A DNA stretch of 64,000 nucleotides from Octopus vulgaris (GCA_951406725.2 OX597820.1:44392001-44456000), one strand, 5' to 3'. Positions 14,020 through 29,430 are shown, numbered from the stretch's first letter. Numbers and translations are program-made. The notes: generated by a model not told the origin, from the letters alone.

Positions 14020-14345
14020 CAAAAAAATCTCAAATTTTATTTAATTTGAATTTCGCGGGAAGGAAAGTTTTATTGAAGTCATGTATCGCCTTGACCTTCG
14101 AACGTGGAGTAGATGAAACTAAGGCGACTGAAGAAGGGGAATTTTCCTTGTTTTGTATGTCCTGTACTCTATTTTTTTCGTTGTTTAAAAGAAATGTCCA
14201 TTTCCTTGGTTTTGTGTTTATGGTTTCGTTTCTCATTGTGTTCGACGTTTTTTTGGTGTCCTGTACCCATATATGCATGTATATATACATGTATGTATAT
14301 ATGCATATGTTTTATTTATTAATTTATTATATATACATATATATA
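14020..14345 (+). mobile_element. non-coding repeat family E (TA-tract associated)
   Basis: TGTCCTGTACCCATATATGCATG block recurs at ~32260, ~61430 (-) and ~62815. Confidence 0.75.
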
Positions 14346-14696
14346 TTTCAAGGATTCTCCAACAGCATAAAGGGTCAGGGAAATGCTATATGAGGGTGTA
14401 GAAATATATTTAAACATGCTCTACCATTTGAATGCTGTTGTTGGTGTTACTTTGAGTTTGAAGCTGAGACACACAAGTCACGTTGATTCCCTCCACAATG
14501 TTATAAATAGCTAGCTTCTACACTTATAAATATTCGTGAGGTCGGAAACTGTCTATGCGTATGGGAATGAGTATGTGTGTACTATATCTCGTGATGCATC
14601 TATTTACCTGTCTTATTCAACAAACAGTTAATACAGAGCAGTGTGGTGCGTGTATATTCGCGCGAAATTAAATATTTTGTGTATGTGTGCGTGTTT

Positions 14697-16394
<1,698 letters not shown>

Positions 16395-16618
16395 TTTGTC
16401 GTGTAGATGGGTACTTAAATATATATAAAAATTGAACGATTAAGAGTTGCATAGAAACATAAGTATTTATATAAATATTTTTAGTTATATATAAAAGCGT
16501 AAGGCATTAACTGAATACAAATAGCGTGAGATATTAAATTTTTGAAAATTGACTGTAACTTCAAAGTTTTGACTAATCTTCAAGAGGCGGAACATGTCGT
16601 GTTCACTTATCCTGCATC

Positions 16619-16882
16619 CTTTTTTATCCTTTACTTGTTTCGGTCATTAGACTGCGGCCATGCTGGGGTACCACCTTGAAAAATTTTAGTCGATCGAATC
16701 GACCCCAGTACTCATTTTTTTTTTAAAAGCCTGGTACTTATTCTATCGGTTTTTTTGCCTAACCGCTAAGTTACTGTGGGTATAAATACACCGGCGCCGC
16801 TTGTCAAGCAGTACTGGGAGACAACGCACACACACACACACACACACATACACACACACACACACACACATACATACATACA

Positions 16883-16914
<32 letters not shown>

Positions 16915-17077
16915 CGACGGGCTTCTTTCAGTTTCCGTCTACCAAATCCACTCATAAGGCTTTGGTTGACTCGAGGCTATAATAAAAAACACTTGCCCAA
17001 GGTACCACACAATGGGACTGAATCCGGAACCATATGGCATGGAAGCAAACCTCATACCACACAAACACACCTACGCC
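16619..17077 (-). mobile_element. SINE family B with internal (CATA)n(CA)n
   Basis: Aligns to other copies. Confidence 0.88.
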
Positions 17078-18157
17078 TAATTTTTAGATATATAGAGGCA
17101 AATTATTGGATGCATATATACGTGCGTGCGTATGGACGTATATACGTACTTATCCGTATGCGTACGTACACACTTCTGTTTGTATGTATGTGCGTGGTCT
17201 CTTTCTAGTTTAATTATTCGAGTTCTGCTTACAGTAAAGGAGCTAGGTCTAACAAAACCTTATAGATGTAATTTGGATAAGATAAAACTCACCGTTGTTA
17301 CATATCTAACTTTAGAAAATTCTTGCATTATTTTACTGCTCCATTGACAGATAGTATTTCTAAAGTGCGTATTAGCTGATACCTTTCTTTGCCTAAAATC
17401 CCTAACTATTCCAGAATATCACTTAAAACATATATTAACATAACCAAGTGCAGCAATGATGGCTGGTTATAAAAATGAATTTTAAGTCACGGTAGAGAAG
17501 CTACAAGCCTCGAAGCAGATGTCTATAAATATTTTCATTCTGACTGATTTGGAAAGAGACGTTCATATCTGCAGAACAGCTTCTGTGACTATAGGTCTTA
17601 TCTTTTGTCTCAAACAACTATATGAAGTCTGCGACATTTTGCTCTGAGAGGAAGTTTTGACAGGAATGTTCCACCAATATTCCATGTGCTTATATGATTG
17701 CATGTATTCAACAACAGAGGTATTACCATGTTTATCCTAGAGCAGCCCTTCCTTCGGAGCATTATATATTATTTCGTAACAATACCTTGCTGCAATTGGA
17801 GGCTATCCTATGTTAACGCTTTTACACAGCTACTTGATTCCAAATGTAATATCTTCTCTCAGAAATGGTATGTAATAGACATTTTCGATTGCGTCTCAGC
17901 AGTAAAGGCTTCACTGTCTCTTTGTTCATTAAGTATTTCGTAACTATCTCGTGTTCTTTTATTAAAGAGAATAACCTTCAAATGTGATGTGATGTAATGT
18001 TCAGGGGTCCAAAAAGGCTACGCTTCATGTTAATATTAGCAATATCCTGAAAATTACAGGAAATATTCGGATGTATTACATTTTTGTAGTATGCAAAATG
18101 TTTTTTTACCCAAGCCTTTGCTGAGGCAATTTTGGGGTTAAATGGGAAGTCATCAGC

Positions 18158-18440
18158 AAAGGCGGGTCGCCTAAAGGTTAGGGTGTTGCACTCAAGATCA
18201 TAAGATCGTGGTTTCGATTCACAGACTGGGTGGTTATGTTGTGCTCTTGTGCAAAACACTTCATTTCGAGTTGCTCTAGTCCACTCCGCAATAAAATGTG
18301 TTCTAGCAATAGCTGGAAAGTCAACCCTGAGACGAAACGGCGTCCTGTTCTGTGGCAGTTTTATAATCTCACTTGTTCTCCATAGCAACTGGATTAAGTT
18401 CCGGCCTTATGAGTCCTAGGGCTCATAACAGACTAAGTGG
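18158..18440 (+). mobile_element. tRNA-derived SINE family D, diverged
   Basis: GGTTAGGGTG..GGTTTCGATTC head and CAAAACACTTCATTTC body shared with 45627-46139. Confidence 0.75.
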
Positions 18441-18444
18441 GATA

Positions 18445-19250
18445 TTGTTTTCTTCACTTTTGAGCACCTTGTTATTGTATATAATTTTGCTATTGTCGAT
18501 TAGGAAACGTCTGAGTGATATCATACGACACTCAAAAGCTGGCTACACACCTCTTTCTTCCATATCTTTCTAAAACCGACCTTGCCAATACCACTGTTTC
18601 TGCGGGAGCTTGCAGTTAATGTCAGAATCTTGAAGGTTTTAATATATCTATAAAACGGATTTCCTCTATATGCCTGTCAAGTATCCAAAATGTCAGTATC
18701 AGTACTAGTGTCGATACCGACATTTTGGATATACATTGTCTTCCAAGAGGAGAGCTCCAACTGTCATGCATTTTAAAGTCAGATATACAGATGTATGTAC
18801 TTATTTATTATTAGTGATAATTGGTATAAATGATAATCTATAACTTGATACATGAGCTGTAAAATGTAGATAACCTCTTTTCTCCACTTTTAGATGAGAC
18901 ATTCACATTCCCTGGGTAACTAACCGCTACTACAGAGCATGACTTTTATTCCTAATTCCATAGAACAATATCTGACCTATTGTTTACTCATGGTTCTTGT
19001 TTTTTTATTGAAAAATTTCACCAATATTTTATAATTTTAAACGCTTGGCTACAATCTATTTCTGGTATGACACAAGGACAACCCTTTCTGCGGATAACAT
19101 TCTAAATGGTCTTAGTGATAATATACTGTCTTATAGGTAATTAGCATCTTGCGGATATTTTAAAGCAACTGCTGATAATGTTGGTTGTATCTTCCACATT
19201 AGTATCATACAATCAGCATTTTCTATCACGAGAGGTTTAAAGGCATCCTT
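18445..19250 (-). mobile_element. very old R4/Dong-like LINE remnant (may extend ~17400-19800)
   Basis: Only scattered minus-strand peptide traces (DHLE..QKGC; LPQKQ..GR..KDMEE; FECRMISLRRFL). Confidence 0.35.
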
Positions 19251-20012
19251 ATCTCTCTTATAGATAACTTCAATTAATTACCAGATATGAACATTTATCC
19301 CGAGCAATCTACATTCGAAAATGTTGTGACTAATTGTGTCTCTTGGTGTTGCGAATGTTACCTGAATACAGCTTTAGGTCATCTAAAAAACAATTGTGTG
19401 ATATTAATTCTTCTCTCTTGTATACATTCTAATATTTAGCTTTGTCATTTCCTCAACATGGCTCACAAGGGATTCACTACCACGCACGTCGTAGTGGCTT
19501 TAGTATTTATGAGTAAAGAAAGGCAAACACTAGTAGTATAGTTGTTAGTAGACTTCGGCGATAACGCTCTGCATCCTGAAAGACAACTCTGTTTATGATA
19601 AGCTGGTTGTCACAGCTTTAAACTCTTTTCCCCCTGTCGGTTCAGTCACCACTATTTCGCAGTAACATTGAATAAACACATTCAAACAACATGTGTAGAG
19701 CATATAAATAACATTTAAATTCTACCGATAATGAGCAGACACATCAAGTTCGGCGTCCATTGTTTTTGAACAGGCTCATGTCCCTGTCGAACATGAGTTT
19801 TCTATACTAATAACTGACTATGAGATCATTCCCAGGTAATTTTCTATTCTGCAACAGTTTTCATGGCGTGAACCTCGACGAGGTTTGATATGCAAGAAAT
19901 AGCTGCCAAATCTTCCTCAAATCACACCTACTGAATCATAATGTAAGCCCTAATTTTATCCCAAAATAAAAGGCGAGGTGGTTACAGATAGACTGTTTTA
20001 ATGAACATATCG

Positions 20013-20590
20013 ATTGGGCTGTCCGGAAAGTTCATTCCGATTTTTAAAGGAAAGAAAAAGGTCAATAAATACTTGCCATTACATTTTTAATCAACCAGAT
20101 ATGAAACATTTTGTTGCACAATGCGTCTCCGTCTTTCCTTTAACTTGAAAATACCCTCTTCCTAGAATTGAGGTGGTTTCATGGCAAAGAATTCATCAAG
20201 GTATCTTTTTACGTCATCCAAGGAATAGAAATTTTTACCATTAAGACTATTCTGTAGAGACCTGAATAAGTGGAAATCCGAAGGAGCAATATCTGGTGAA
20301 TGTGGTGGGGGAGGTTAGGTGGGGTAACACATCCCAGCCGAGCTGTAGCAATTTTTGTCTAGTTCCTAAAGCATCAAGTGCCGAAAATGAACTTTCTTAT
20401 CTTCCATTTTAAAGGGTTACAAAATTAACACAGGTTATAGGAACATAAACCTTCTTCCACGAAAAGATAGCTTAAACTGTGCTCTAAATGGAGGTGCAGT
20501 AAAATCCTATTTTATGGACTCAACCATGTTCTAAAATAAGTCGAAAGGTAAGCTACAATAAATCGGCACGAACTTTCCGGACAACCCAAT
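20013..20590 (-). mobile_element. internally deleted mariner element
   Basis: TIRs ATTGGG(C/T)TGTCCGGAAAGTTC; minus strand encodes PPHSPDIAPSDFHLFRSLQNSLNGK (mariner third-D motif). Confidence 0.93.
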
Positions 20591-20811
20591 AGTAAATCAA
20601 GGTTAACTAGTTCGAAAATGCAACAACAACAACACTAACATAACAGTACTACGAAATATGTGGCCTATCTAAGGCGGGATAAGTATTTTCATTTCTCTAG
20701 TGATCTCGTATATTATAGGAGAAACGTCTGAATTGCACTCTCTGTGTAGCTTTATTTTACTATATTCTATCACACACGTGCTGCTTATTTTTATCTTCGA
20801 TTCAACTTCAG

Positions 20812-20872
20812 ATCCTACCAAGGAAGGGCATTTATATACATGATTGTATGGCCTGTCATGCTGCGTTATATG
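20812..20872 (+). CDS. candidate exon A of an unidentified gene
   Basis: Pyrimidine-rich acceptor TTCAACTTCAG, open frame ILPRKGIYIHDCMACHAALY, weak donor G|GTTTGC; phase fits exon B. Confidence 0.2.
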
Positions 20873-21029
20873 GTTTGCCAATTTAATGCAAATTTACTAA
20901 TAACAATGATATTTGATTTATCGTTCATAGCTCGTGTATATAGATACGAGCAATTAAATTTTATCGGAATTTCTGAGAACAGGATCTATCATTATCATAC
21001 ACTGAATGTATTCAGACTATAGTCATTAT

Positions 21030-21620
21030 ATTGGTTGTTATAATCACAACGTTTCAGTTGTCTACACCCCGACCTACTAGCGCTCTTCAGGCGCCTGATA
21101 GATTCGGTCGCGTTCTCGGAATTTCAAACCGAACCCTTTATTAAATCCAGTGTCGAAGATTGTTCTTATTCCATTGCCCATACCAAGGATATTCTCCTGT
21201 CACCAGAGCATATATTGCTTGATTGATCTTCGGACAGAACACACGCTCACTAGCTAAACTATTCCACTTAACCTACATCAAATTAGTAGATTTACTATCG
21301 TCTCTTCTCATAGTTTCTTGTAAATAGAAATCGACTCTTTACTCCTTCTATGTAACTGGTCCAGGAATCTTCCCAGCCTTTTTCCAGATTTGTCAGCAAT
21401 CTTGATTCATATAAAGAACCCACTGTAACGTCTCTTAAGTTCAGACACTAGTTTTGCCATGGGGCTTAATGCAGCATTGTTTATAATATTATTTATCAGT
21501 ATAATTTTACCACTTGATTACTGCTATAAACTTCTCTAAAAATTCCGTTTTGGATTTATCCAGAGACGATAATTAATCTTGTCTTTATTGCTATGGTTAT
21601 TGACTTCTTTTCGTGGAAAA
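21030..21620 (-). mobile_element. decayed Penelope-like 3' fragment with hammerhead-like motif at 21045-21093
   Basis: Minus strand: RRSKESISIYKK (like a GIY-YIG C-terminus), then CGC-CTGAAGA...GAAACG-TT-GTG. Confidence 0.45.
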
Positions 21621-22016
21621 TGATTTCTTCTTTTTTCTTTGCATGAAAGAATGGTCTCCTATACAAATGTGACTAACTTCATCGTCATGTATGCATGTGT
21701 GTGTGCATGTGTGTGTGCATGTGTGTGTGTGTGTGTGTGTGGATGTGTGGGTGTGTTTGTGTGTTCGCGCGTGCTAGCGTGCGTGTGTGCTTAGAAATTC
21801 CGGGTTAGTGAACGGCATGCTCTAAGCACACGGAATGAATAAAAGTACCCCCAACTTTTGTTAAAACATGTTTCTAAATGCAAGCTATTCAAATATAAAA
21901 TCTGTTCTATATGACACACACACACTCACACACTCACACACGCACACTCGCACGTATGCACACACACATACATACACACATATATACATACATACATACA
22001 TACATACATACATACA

Positions 22017-22050
<34 letters not shown>

Positions 22051-22189
22051 CATACATACATACTTTATATATATGAGAGGTCTATTTGTCAATGTGATCA
22101 TGTGTTTACATATATGTATTTTTATGTGTGCGTATTTGTGCGTGTGTAAAGAAAGATAGAAGAGTGTTGTAATATGCTTGAAGCATTAT

Positions 22190-22625
22190 GGAATATATGA
22201 AAACAACGAACTCCTGCATTTTTCAAGGAACAAGAAGAAGGTTATTACAAGAACCTCGAGGTTATCATAAAAACTGAAGATTATAATCTCGGTAACCTGC
22301 ATATGATAGAAGCCATTCTGATAAAATAAAAACCAACAATTGATAACCGACAAGAATTTAATGAGTGTGAATGGATGCTTTAAACCCTGCGCATCACAAT
22401 ACTTGCCTAAATTCTCCCTCTCATGTATATCACTGTACCCTACTACAGCCATGTTACAGAATTTCACCCATCCACCTTCTCCGTCCGATATTCCCGCGAA
22501 AGTCGCTGGAGGTACAGTCCTCGGGCACATAAGGTCATTTGATTTTCCAGCTGGATTCCCAAGCGTGGCCAACTGAGATTATTGATATTATCCGATCACC
22601 TCGTGCTAGAGCCACACCTAGGCCA
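22190..22625 (+). mobile_element. decayed Penelope-like 3' fragment, interrupted by a SINE
   Basis: Peptide trace LHMIEAILIK*KPTIDNRQEF resembles the end of PLE GIY-YIG domains. Confidence 0.45.
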
Positions 22626-23011
22626 CCTATTTCTTTACTACCCTCAAGGGGCTAAACACAGAGAGGACAGACAAACGGATTAAGTCGATTATATCGACCC
22701 CAGTGCGTAACTGGTACTTATTTAATCGACCCCGAAAGGATGAAAGGCAAAGTCGACCTCGGCGGAATTTGAATACAGAACGTAACGACAGACGAAATAC
22801 CTATTTCTTTACTACCCACAAGGGGCTAAACACAGAGAGGACAAACAAGGACATGCAAACGGATTAAGTCGATTATATAGACCCCAGTGCGTAACTGGTA
22901 CTTATTTAATCGACCCCGAAAGGATGAAAGGCAAAGTCGACCTCGGCGGAATAGACGAAATACAGCTACGCATTTCGCCCGGCGTGCTAACGATTCTGCC
23001 AGCTCGCCGCC
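22626..23011 (-). mobile_element. SINE family A multimer
   Basis: Head GGCGGCGAGCTGGCAGAATCGTTAGC, central GCCTTTCATCCTTTCGGGGTCGA (Meta-domain-like), two tandem bodies. Confidence 0.92.
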
Positions 23012-23578
23012 TGTCGGTTAGGCTTGAAGAATCCGTCTTGCGATTCTTTCCTACGATTCTTTTTTGCGATTCTTTCCTGCGGTTCTTTCTTGCGACATTC
23101 TGATCACAAGTCCATAGTACCAAATCTGTGGCCTCTCAATGCGGAGGAAAAGCAGATCGACCTGAAGTGGCTCCCTGATCTTCGAGCTACGCAACCTGCC
23201 GAGTAACGTTAAACCAGAGATCATTCGTAGGAACCCCACTTTAGCTGCTTGTTGTCAGTACTCAACATTCATGACCGTAGATGAGGAGTTCGAAAACCGG
23301 ATTAAAGATAACGTGTTTGACATCTTTACCAATCACTCCTCTTCTGAGGATTGAATGCTGAAACTGACACGTTATTGTGCCAGCACCTGTAATTCTAGCA
23401 TCCAATTCAGCTTTATCCCTTCATCACGTGAATATAACCCACTTGTCACAGCGATATTTCACTACTTCAATTTACAACCCCAAATCTACCGCTCCGAGTA
23501 TGGGTGGTAATTTTAATATCAGAAGTAAACATTTGACACGTCAATATAACGGATATATGATTTATATCATTTCATCAG

Positions 23579-23767
23579 TTTCTTTAAACCCTTTTAACTC
23601 GAAATATCCGGACGAATTAGATATTTCTAATCCCGTTGAGAATAACCAAAACCAAGTCATGTAAGGACTTGGTTAGAGAATAGAATAAATGATAGATGGG
23701 CTTAGTGTTTTCTCTCTTACTTTACAGATTTCGCCACTGCCTTCAAAATGAAAGTAAACCAGATTAG
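23579..23767 (+). CDS. candidate exons B (23579-23660) and C (23728-23767) around a 67-nt GT-AG intron
   Basis: Donor GTAAGG at 23661, acceptor TTTTCTCTCTTACTTTACAG ending 23727; spliced frame VSLNPFNSKYPDELDISNPVENNQNQVIFRHCLQNESKPD*. Confidence 0.3.
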
Positions 23768-24252
23768 CACAATTCTTGTGATGTCGTGCGTTTCGGAACT
23801 AGCAGACCGATGAAGCTTCAGATGGTACCGTGTCGTACAAGAAATTTTGATGTTCTCTCAGCTTTACAATCACCGTCCATAATACACTGATTATATGTGT
23901 TTGCGAGAGGGAAATATGCTTGTGTGTGACTGCTACGTCGCTGACAAGGCACAAGACTAAAATGCATCTGGTGATATTGATAGCTGCTGCCGATATAATT
24001 TTTTCTGTCTCACTCCGATATATATTGTTTGTAACATAGCACGTCCATAAGATACTTTATCTCTGACGAAAACCGTAGTAACGTGCCTCTCAACGGTATA
24101 TCTGCATTACGTATGATACATAGCTGGGTATTTTAATTTAATACTGCTCCAGTTAAGTACACCAGATTGTGTGTGTGTGTGTGTGCGTGTGTGTGTGTGC
24201 AATGTGTCTGTGTGTATTATATATACACATACACACATTCATGCCTACAAAC

Positions 24253-24288
<36 letters not shown>

Positions 24289-24530
24289 ATAAATATATGC
24301 ATACTTGCATACATACATACATACATACATACATGCCTGCATACATACATACATAAATACATACATACATACATACATACATACATACATACATACGTAC
24401 ATACATACATACATACATACATACATAAATCTAGGCACTGCAATCTTAATTCGCCTAAGCGAGATATTTAATCACCGAAAATGCAGACTTCCCAGGTTAC
24501 CGCTGAGAGATACAGTCAGACAGACACATC

Positions 24531-24659
<129 letters not shown>

Positions 24660-24959
24660 ATCTCACAATGTCAATCAGTGTCTACAGAGATTATTCAAAA
24701 GTAGGGCAATAGAGGAAATAATAAATATTTATTATTAAATAAATATATTAAATATTTATTTGAAAGCCACCATTTTATTTCGCCTTTTATCGTTTTGCTT
24801 TTAGTTTGTTTGGTTTTTTTTTTTTGTTTCACTGACGTTGTTCTTCATACTGATCTTGTTTTTTGTTGTTATTCTTGTTGTAGTTGTTGTTTCTGTTATT
24901 GCTATTAAGAATATTGTTGTTTATATAATATTTACGAATATTTTTATTTGAATCGTTCG

Positions 24960-25580
24960 AGCGTTGTTTTGGCAGAACAGTGAGAGCATTGGAGAATATT
25001 ACAAATACTTTGTAATATTTGTTCTGGATGTTTATATTCTGCGTTCAGATTTGCCTTTTGAGGTCGATAAGTTAAAGCCTAGTACTGCGGGAAGGGGTAG
25101 ATGGTAACAATAAACACACATCCTTCAAAATTGCTGTCTTTGAGCCTAAATTGGAAACCATTATCATTATTATCATCATCTTCATTAAAGATGGCGAGCA
25201 AGCAGAATCGTTAGCGTGTCAAACATAATGCTAAGCGGCATTTCGTCCATTTTTAAGTTCTGTGTTCAAATTCCGTTGAAGTCGACTTTGCTTTCTTCAT
25301 TTCGGGATCGCTAAAATAAGTACCACTCAAAAAGTACTCTCCTCAAAAACTGTTAACCCTGAGCCAAAATTTAAAACCATTATCATCATCGTTATCAGTA
25401 GTGCATCAGACAAAATGCTGGGTGGCATTTCTTCTGGTTCATTACATTCTGAGTTCAAATCCCACGGAAATCAACTTTGCCTTTCGTCCTTTCGGGACGA
25501 AAGTACTAGTTAAGTACTGTAATCTACTAGCCCCCCCCCCCCCCTCAAAATTACTGGACTTGCTCCAAAATTAGAAAAGA
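24960..25580 (+). mobile_element. three head-to-tail decayed SINE family A copies
   Basis: Repeated GTTCAAAT..CTTTGC..AAGTAC..CAAAA..AAACCATTATC blocks. Confidence 0.7.
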
Positions 25581-25943
25581 AATAATCCCCATCATTACCG
25601 TCAGCATCACATCGTCATCATCATCATCACAATGGTGTAAAGGAAAAGAAGGTGGTGCTGGTCGTGGTGGTAATGATAAGGATGATGGTTGTGGAGATGG
25701 TATTGATGATGATGATGATGATGAGGAGGAGGAGGAGGAGGAGGACGACGACGACGATGACGACGACGACGATGACGATGATGACGATGAAGAAGGCGAA
25801 GACGATGATGAGGACGACGATGATGATGATTACGACGACGACGAAGATGACGACGATGATGATGATTTCAAGGTAATGATTGGTTGTCTATGTTTTCTAA
25901 ATTGCTCAATCATTTATTGGTGCTGAATAGTTTTGTATGTTTG

Positions 25944-26026
<83 letters not shown>

Positions 26027-26328
26027 GTTTTATTCTTGTTTAGTGTTTGTGTTCCAGAGGGATTATGAGATGTTTGGGGGAGGAAGGAGCGAGATTAAAC
26101 TATGAAAAATTGTCAATGTTATTTAATTTTATTATTGATGGTATTCATCTAGTTTCTGTGGCTAATGTTGTTGTTGTTATTGTTGTTATCATTATTGACA
26201 CTGTTCTTAGCGCTGCTGTGTTTTGTTGATGTTGTCATTGTTGTTGTTATTAATGTCGTTATTGTTGTAGACGTTGATGTTGTTGCTCTTGCCGTCGCTA
26301 CTGTCGTTGTCGAGGTTCTTCTTGATGC

Positions 26329-26520
26329 TGCGGCGAGCTGGCAGAATCGCTTGCATGCCGGACGTCTGCTGCTACGTTCTGTGTTCAAATTCCACCGAGG
26401 TCGACTTTGATTTTCTTCCTTTCGGGGTCGATAAATTAGGTACCAGTGTATCACTGGGTTCGCTGTAATCGGCTACTTTCTTCCCTTAAAATTTCAGGCC
26501 TTGTGCCTTCAGTAGAAAGG

Positions 26521-26553
<33 letters not shown>
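26329..26553 (+). mobile_element. SINE family A monomer with (ATT)n tail
   Basis: GCGGCGAGCTGGCAGAATCG...GTTCAAATTCC...GGCCTTGTGCCTTCAGTAGAAAGG(ATT)n. Confidence 0.9.
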
Positions 26554-26555
<2 letters not shown>

Positions 26556-26557
<2 letters not shown>

Positions 26558-28150
26558 TTGCTGTGAAACACATTGGACGTGTTTTCGAACGCTCCAAGTA
26601 AGTCCAGTTCAAAATACTTATTTACACCAGGATTGTTGTCCTTTTGCAATAATTATTTTATTCCAAGTTGTGAATAGAAACACCAGGAACCTGTACTGGT
26701 TTTCCATAGTTGTGCAGCCCCCAGAGGGGCGGTTTTCGGTCCACCAAATAATTTCGGTGGGCGTTAAATTTAATTGAATCAAATACAACTCAACAAGATG
26801 GTGGAGCATGTCTTGAAAGAGCATGTCTTGAAAGCCCTCCTACCAATATGGTAATGGATGAAGACTTCCCTCCCTTCCCCCGTTTACGGGTTACAATACA
26901 GGGGAAGGGGGAGGAGAAACACAAGACTGTCATGGTACGAAGTACAACTAACAGCAACAACAATAGTAACAGAAATATTAACAGCAGTAGAAATGACAAC
27001 AGCAGCAACAGCAACAGTGACGGCAGCCGCAGCAGTAGTAGTAATGATAGCAATATTCAAAGCCACAGTCGAACCAATTCTACTATATGGCTCAGAAACC
27101 TGGACGTTATCAAAGAAGCTTGAGAGGCGGTTGGATGGAACCTACAGTCGCCTCCTTATGAGAGCTCAAAATCTCTCTTGGAAGCGCCATCCAACCAAAA
27201 TGCAAATATATGGGAAACTACCACCTGTGTCATCTCTTGTGAAAGGTAGGAGAGTCCAGTTTGCTGGACATTGTTGTAGAGCTGAAAAAGAAGTAATTTC
27301 TACTCTTCTCCTCTGGAAGCCATCTACTCGCAATACCAGAGGGCGCACACTCTCCTACCCTGATGTAATCTCCAGGGATACAGGCATCCAGCAACAGGAC
27401 CTCCGTAATGCCATGATGGACCGTGAAGTCTGGCGTAGCATGGTAAATTCCATTGTCTCGACCACGGTCGAACAATGATGAATGATGATGAATGATAGCA
27501 AGAACAACCACGAAAAAGACAGCAACGGCAGCGACAGTGGCGATAGCAACAACAACAACGAGAGCAAAAGTAACAACAGCAACAACAACAAAACCAATAC
27601 CAACAACGCTGATAAGAACAACAACAACAACAACAACAACAACAGCAACAACGGCAGCAGCAACAGTAACAACAACAAAAAACAACAACGAGAACAATAT
27701 CAATAACAATAACAAAAACCCGTTCGCAGCAGCGAAGAACAACCAACGCTTTACCGTAGACCTCACAACTAGAGAGCAGATACTACCACAAGCATGGAAA
27801 CTAATAAAACAAGAGAAGACTTGGGCCAACCTGACTATCCCATCAGAGGCAATTGAAGCAGTGGAGAGAAGAACGGTGCTTTTCAGATGCAACTCAGCAG
27901 ACACAAAAAGAGAGCGGCAGCTATTGAGGCGGCGCTGAGGTGCATCGGAAATGACAACGAATACATAGCGAGAGGCAAACAATACGGCACTATTTCGGTG
28001 CTGTTTAAGTCAGAAGCCCTCGCTATGAAACATTCAATAACCCCCTGCAAAACCAGCAAATCATCATGTACCCCTCCCACATGGAGAAACCCTACTTCGC
28101 ATGGAATTACATGGTCAGTTCCATCGTGAAACCAACAAATTAAAAGACCA
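26556..28150 (+). mobile_element. probable 5' UTR and Asn/Ser-rich N-terminal ORF of a non-LTR element, split by an RTE insertion
   Basis: MDEDFPP...low-complexity N/S...NPFAAAKNNQRFTVDL...YIARGKQYGTISVLFKSE reads on across the insertion; family not identified. Confidence 0.45.
27054..27490 (+). mobile_element. RTE-group LINE 3' fragment with 11-bp TSD
   Basis: IFKATVEPILLYGSETWTL...RRVQFAGHC...AMMDREVWR; (TGA)n-type tail; TSD AATGATAGCAA at 27043-27053 and 27491-27501. Confidence 0.93.
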
Positions 28151-28164
28151 AGAAGCATCATAGA

Positions 28165-28393
28165 AGTCACTTAACAAGGGTGACCTAAAAAAGAATACTG
28201 AAAGCTTAATCATCGCTGTCCAGGACCAGGCATTGAAAACCAACTCAGTGAAAAGAATATATACCACAGAAGTGCAACAGACCTCTGCAGAATGTGTGGG
28301 GAGAGGGTTACATCGTTAGTGCTTGTGAAAGTCTTGCGCAGAAAATATCTTCAATCAACAACCTCACGATATTGTGTACTGTGCGGTGTCTAT

Positions 28394-28395
<2 letters not shown>
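28165..28395 (+). mobile_element. R4/Dong-type LINE fragment ending in (TAA)n
   Basis: GDLKKNTESLIIAVQDQALKTN..LCRMCGE..HIVSAC zinc-knuckle trace. Confidence 0.8.
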
Positions 28396-28462
<67 letters not shown>

Positions 28463-29231
28463 AAGAAGAAGAAGAAGAAGAAAAAGAAGAAGAAGAAGAA
28501 GAAGAAGAAGAAGAAGAAGAAGAAGAAGAAGAAGAAGAAGAAGAAGAAGAAGATGATGATGATGATGATGATGATGATGATAGCAATGCTATCAAGACAC
28601 CAACGTCCAAATGATTTTAGTGAAATTTTCAAGGCAAAATCAAAAAAAAAAGCAAGAAAAAATTGAGAAAAGAACATAAATATGATAAAATAACAACAGT
28701 AACATCGAAAACAACTATTAGGATAACGTAGAGTGGTCAGGGGAACTTACACATGTCCCCTGATTAAGCTTTCATGAGCTCGTATAGTTTCAATCGATTA
28801 TAGCTCCACAAATTCTCATATAGTCATATGATGAACTAAGAAATAATTTATCAAATAATAGTATTTCTCTATAATATCCATTTTATTATAAACTTCTCAT
28901 GAGATATTATAGATTCAATCTAATATGGTTCCTTAATTTATAGTATGACTGTGATAATGAAGTGCATAATTTATTTATTAAATAATATTTTTCTACAGTA
29001 TTCGTTTTACTCTTCATATGATAGTACAGATCAATCGAATGTAGCTTCGTAAATTGGAGTATAATTTTGTCAACGTAATCAATAATTAATTTACTGAAAA
29101 AATAATATTTTACTACGATATCCATACTATTAATATTATCACAATACAATGATAATTTTATCAACATATTTCAGTTTGTTTCTTTTCGTTTGCTTCTTTA
29201 GTTTTCTTTCTACTATTTCAATATCAAATTA

Positions 29232-29430
29232 AGGCGGTGGTCTGACAGAATCGTTATAGCACGCCAGGCAAAATGCTTAGCGGCATTGCGTTCAAATTCC
29301 GCCTAGGTCGACTTTGCCTTTCATCCTTCCGGAATCGATAAAACAAATGCCAATTGAGCGCTGGCGTCGGTGTAATTGATTTACCCTTCCTCCGAAATTG
29401 CTGGCCTTGTGCCAAAATTTGAAACCTATA
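29232..29430 (+). mobile_element. SINE family A, diverged
   Basis: Head, B-box, GCCTTTCATCCTTCCGG and GGCCTTGTGCCAAAA tail. Confidence 0.8.

Noticed and set aside
14085-14150. GAA(A)CG and CTGAAGA/CTGATGA in family E (also ~61560-61600 on -)
   Set aside because: Could not build a consistent three-stem hammerhead; a family consensus would be needed
23344-23365. CTGAGGA..GAAAC downstream of a PLE-like remnant
   Set aside because: No stem I partner or cleavage triplet in place
24063-24100. CTGACGA followed by an ACCGT/ACGGT stem
   Set aside because: No GAAA after the stem
27335-27346. CTCF-like motif ACCAGAGGGCGC
   Set aside because: Inside RTE coding sequence, with no independent support
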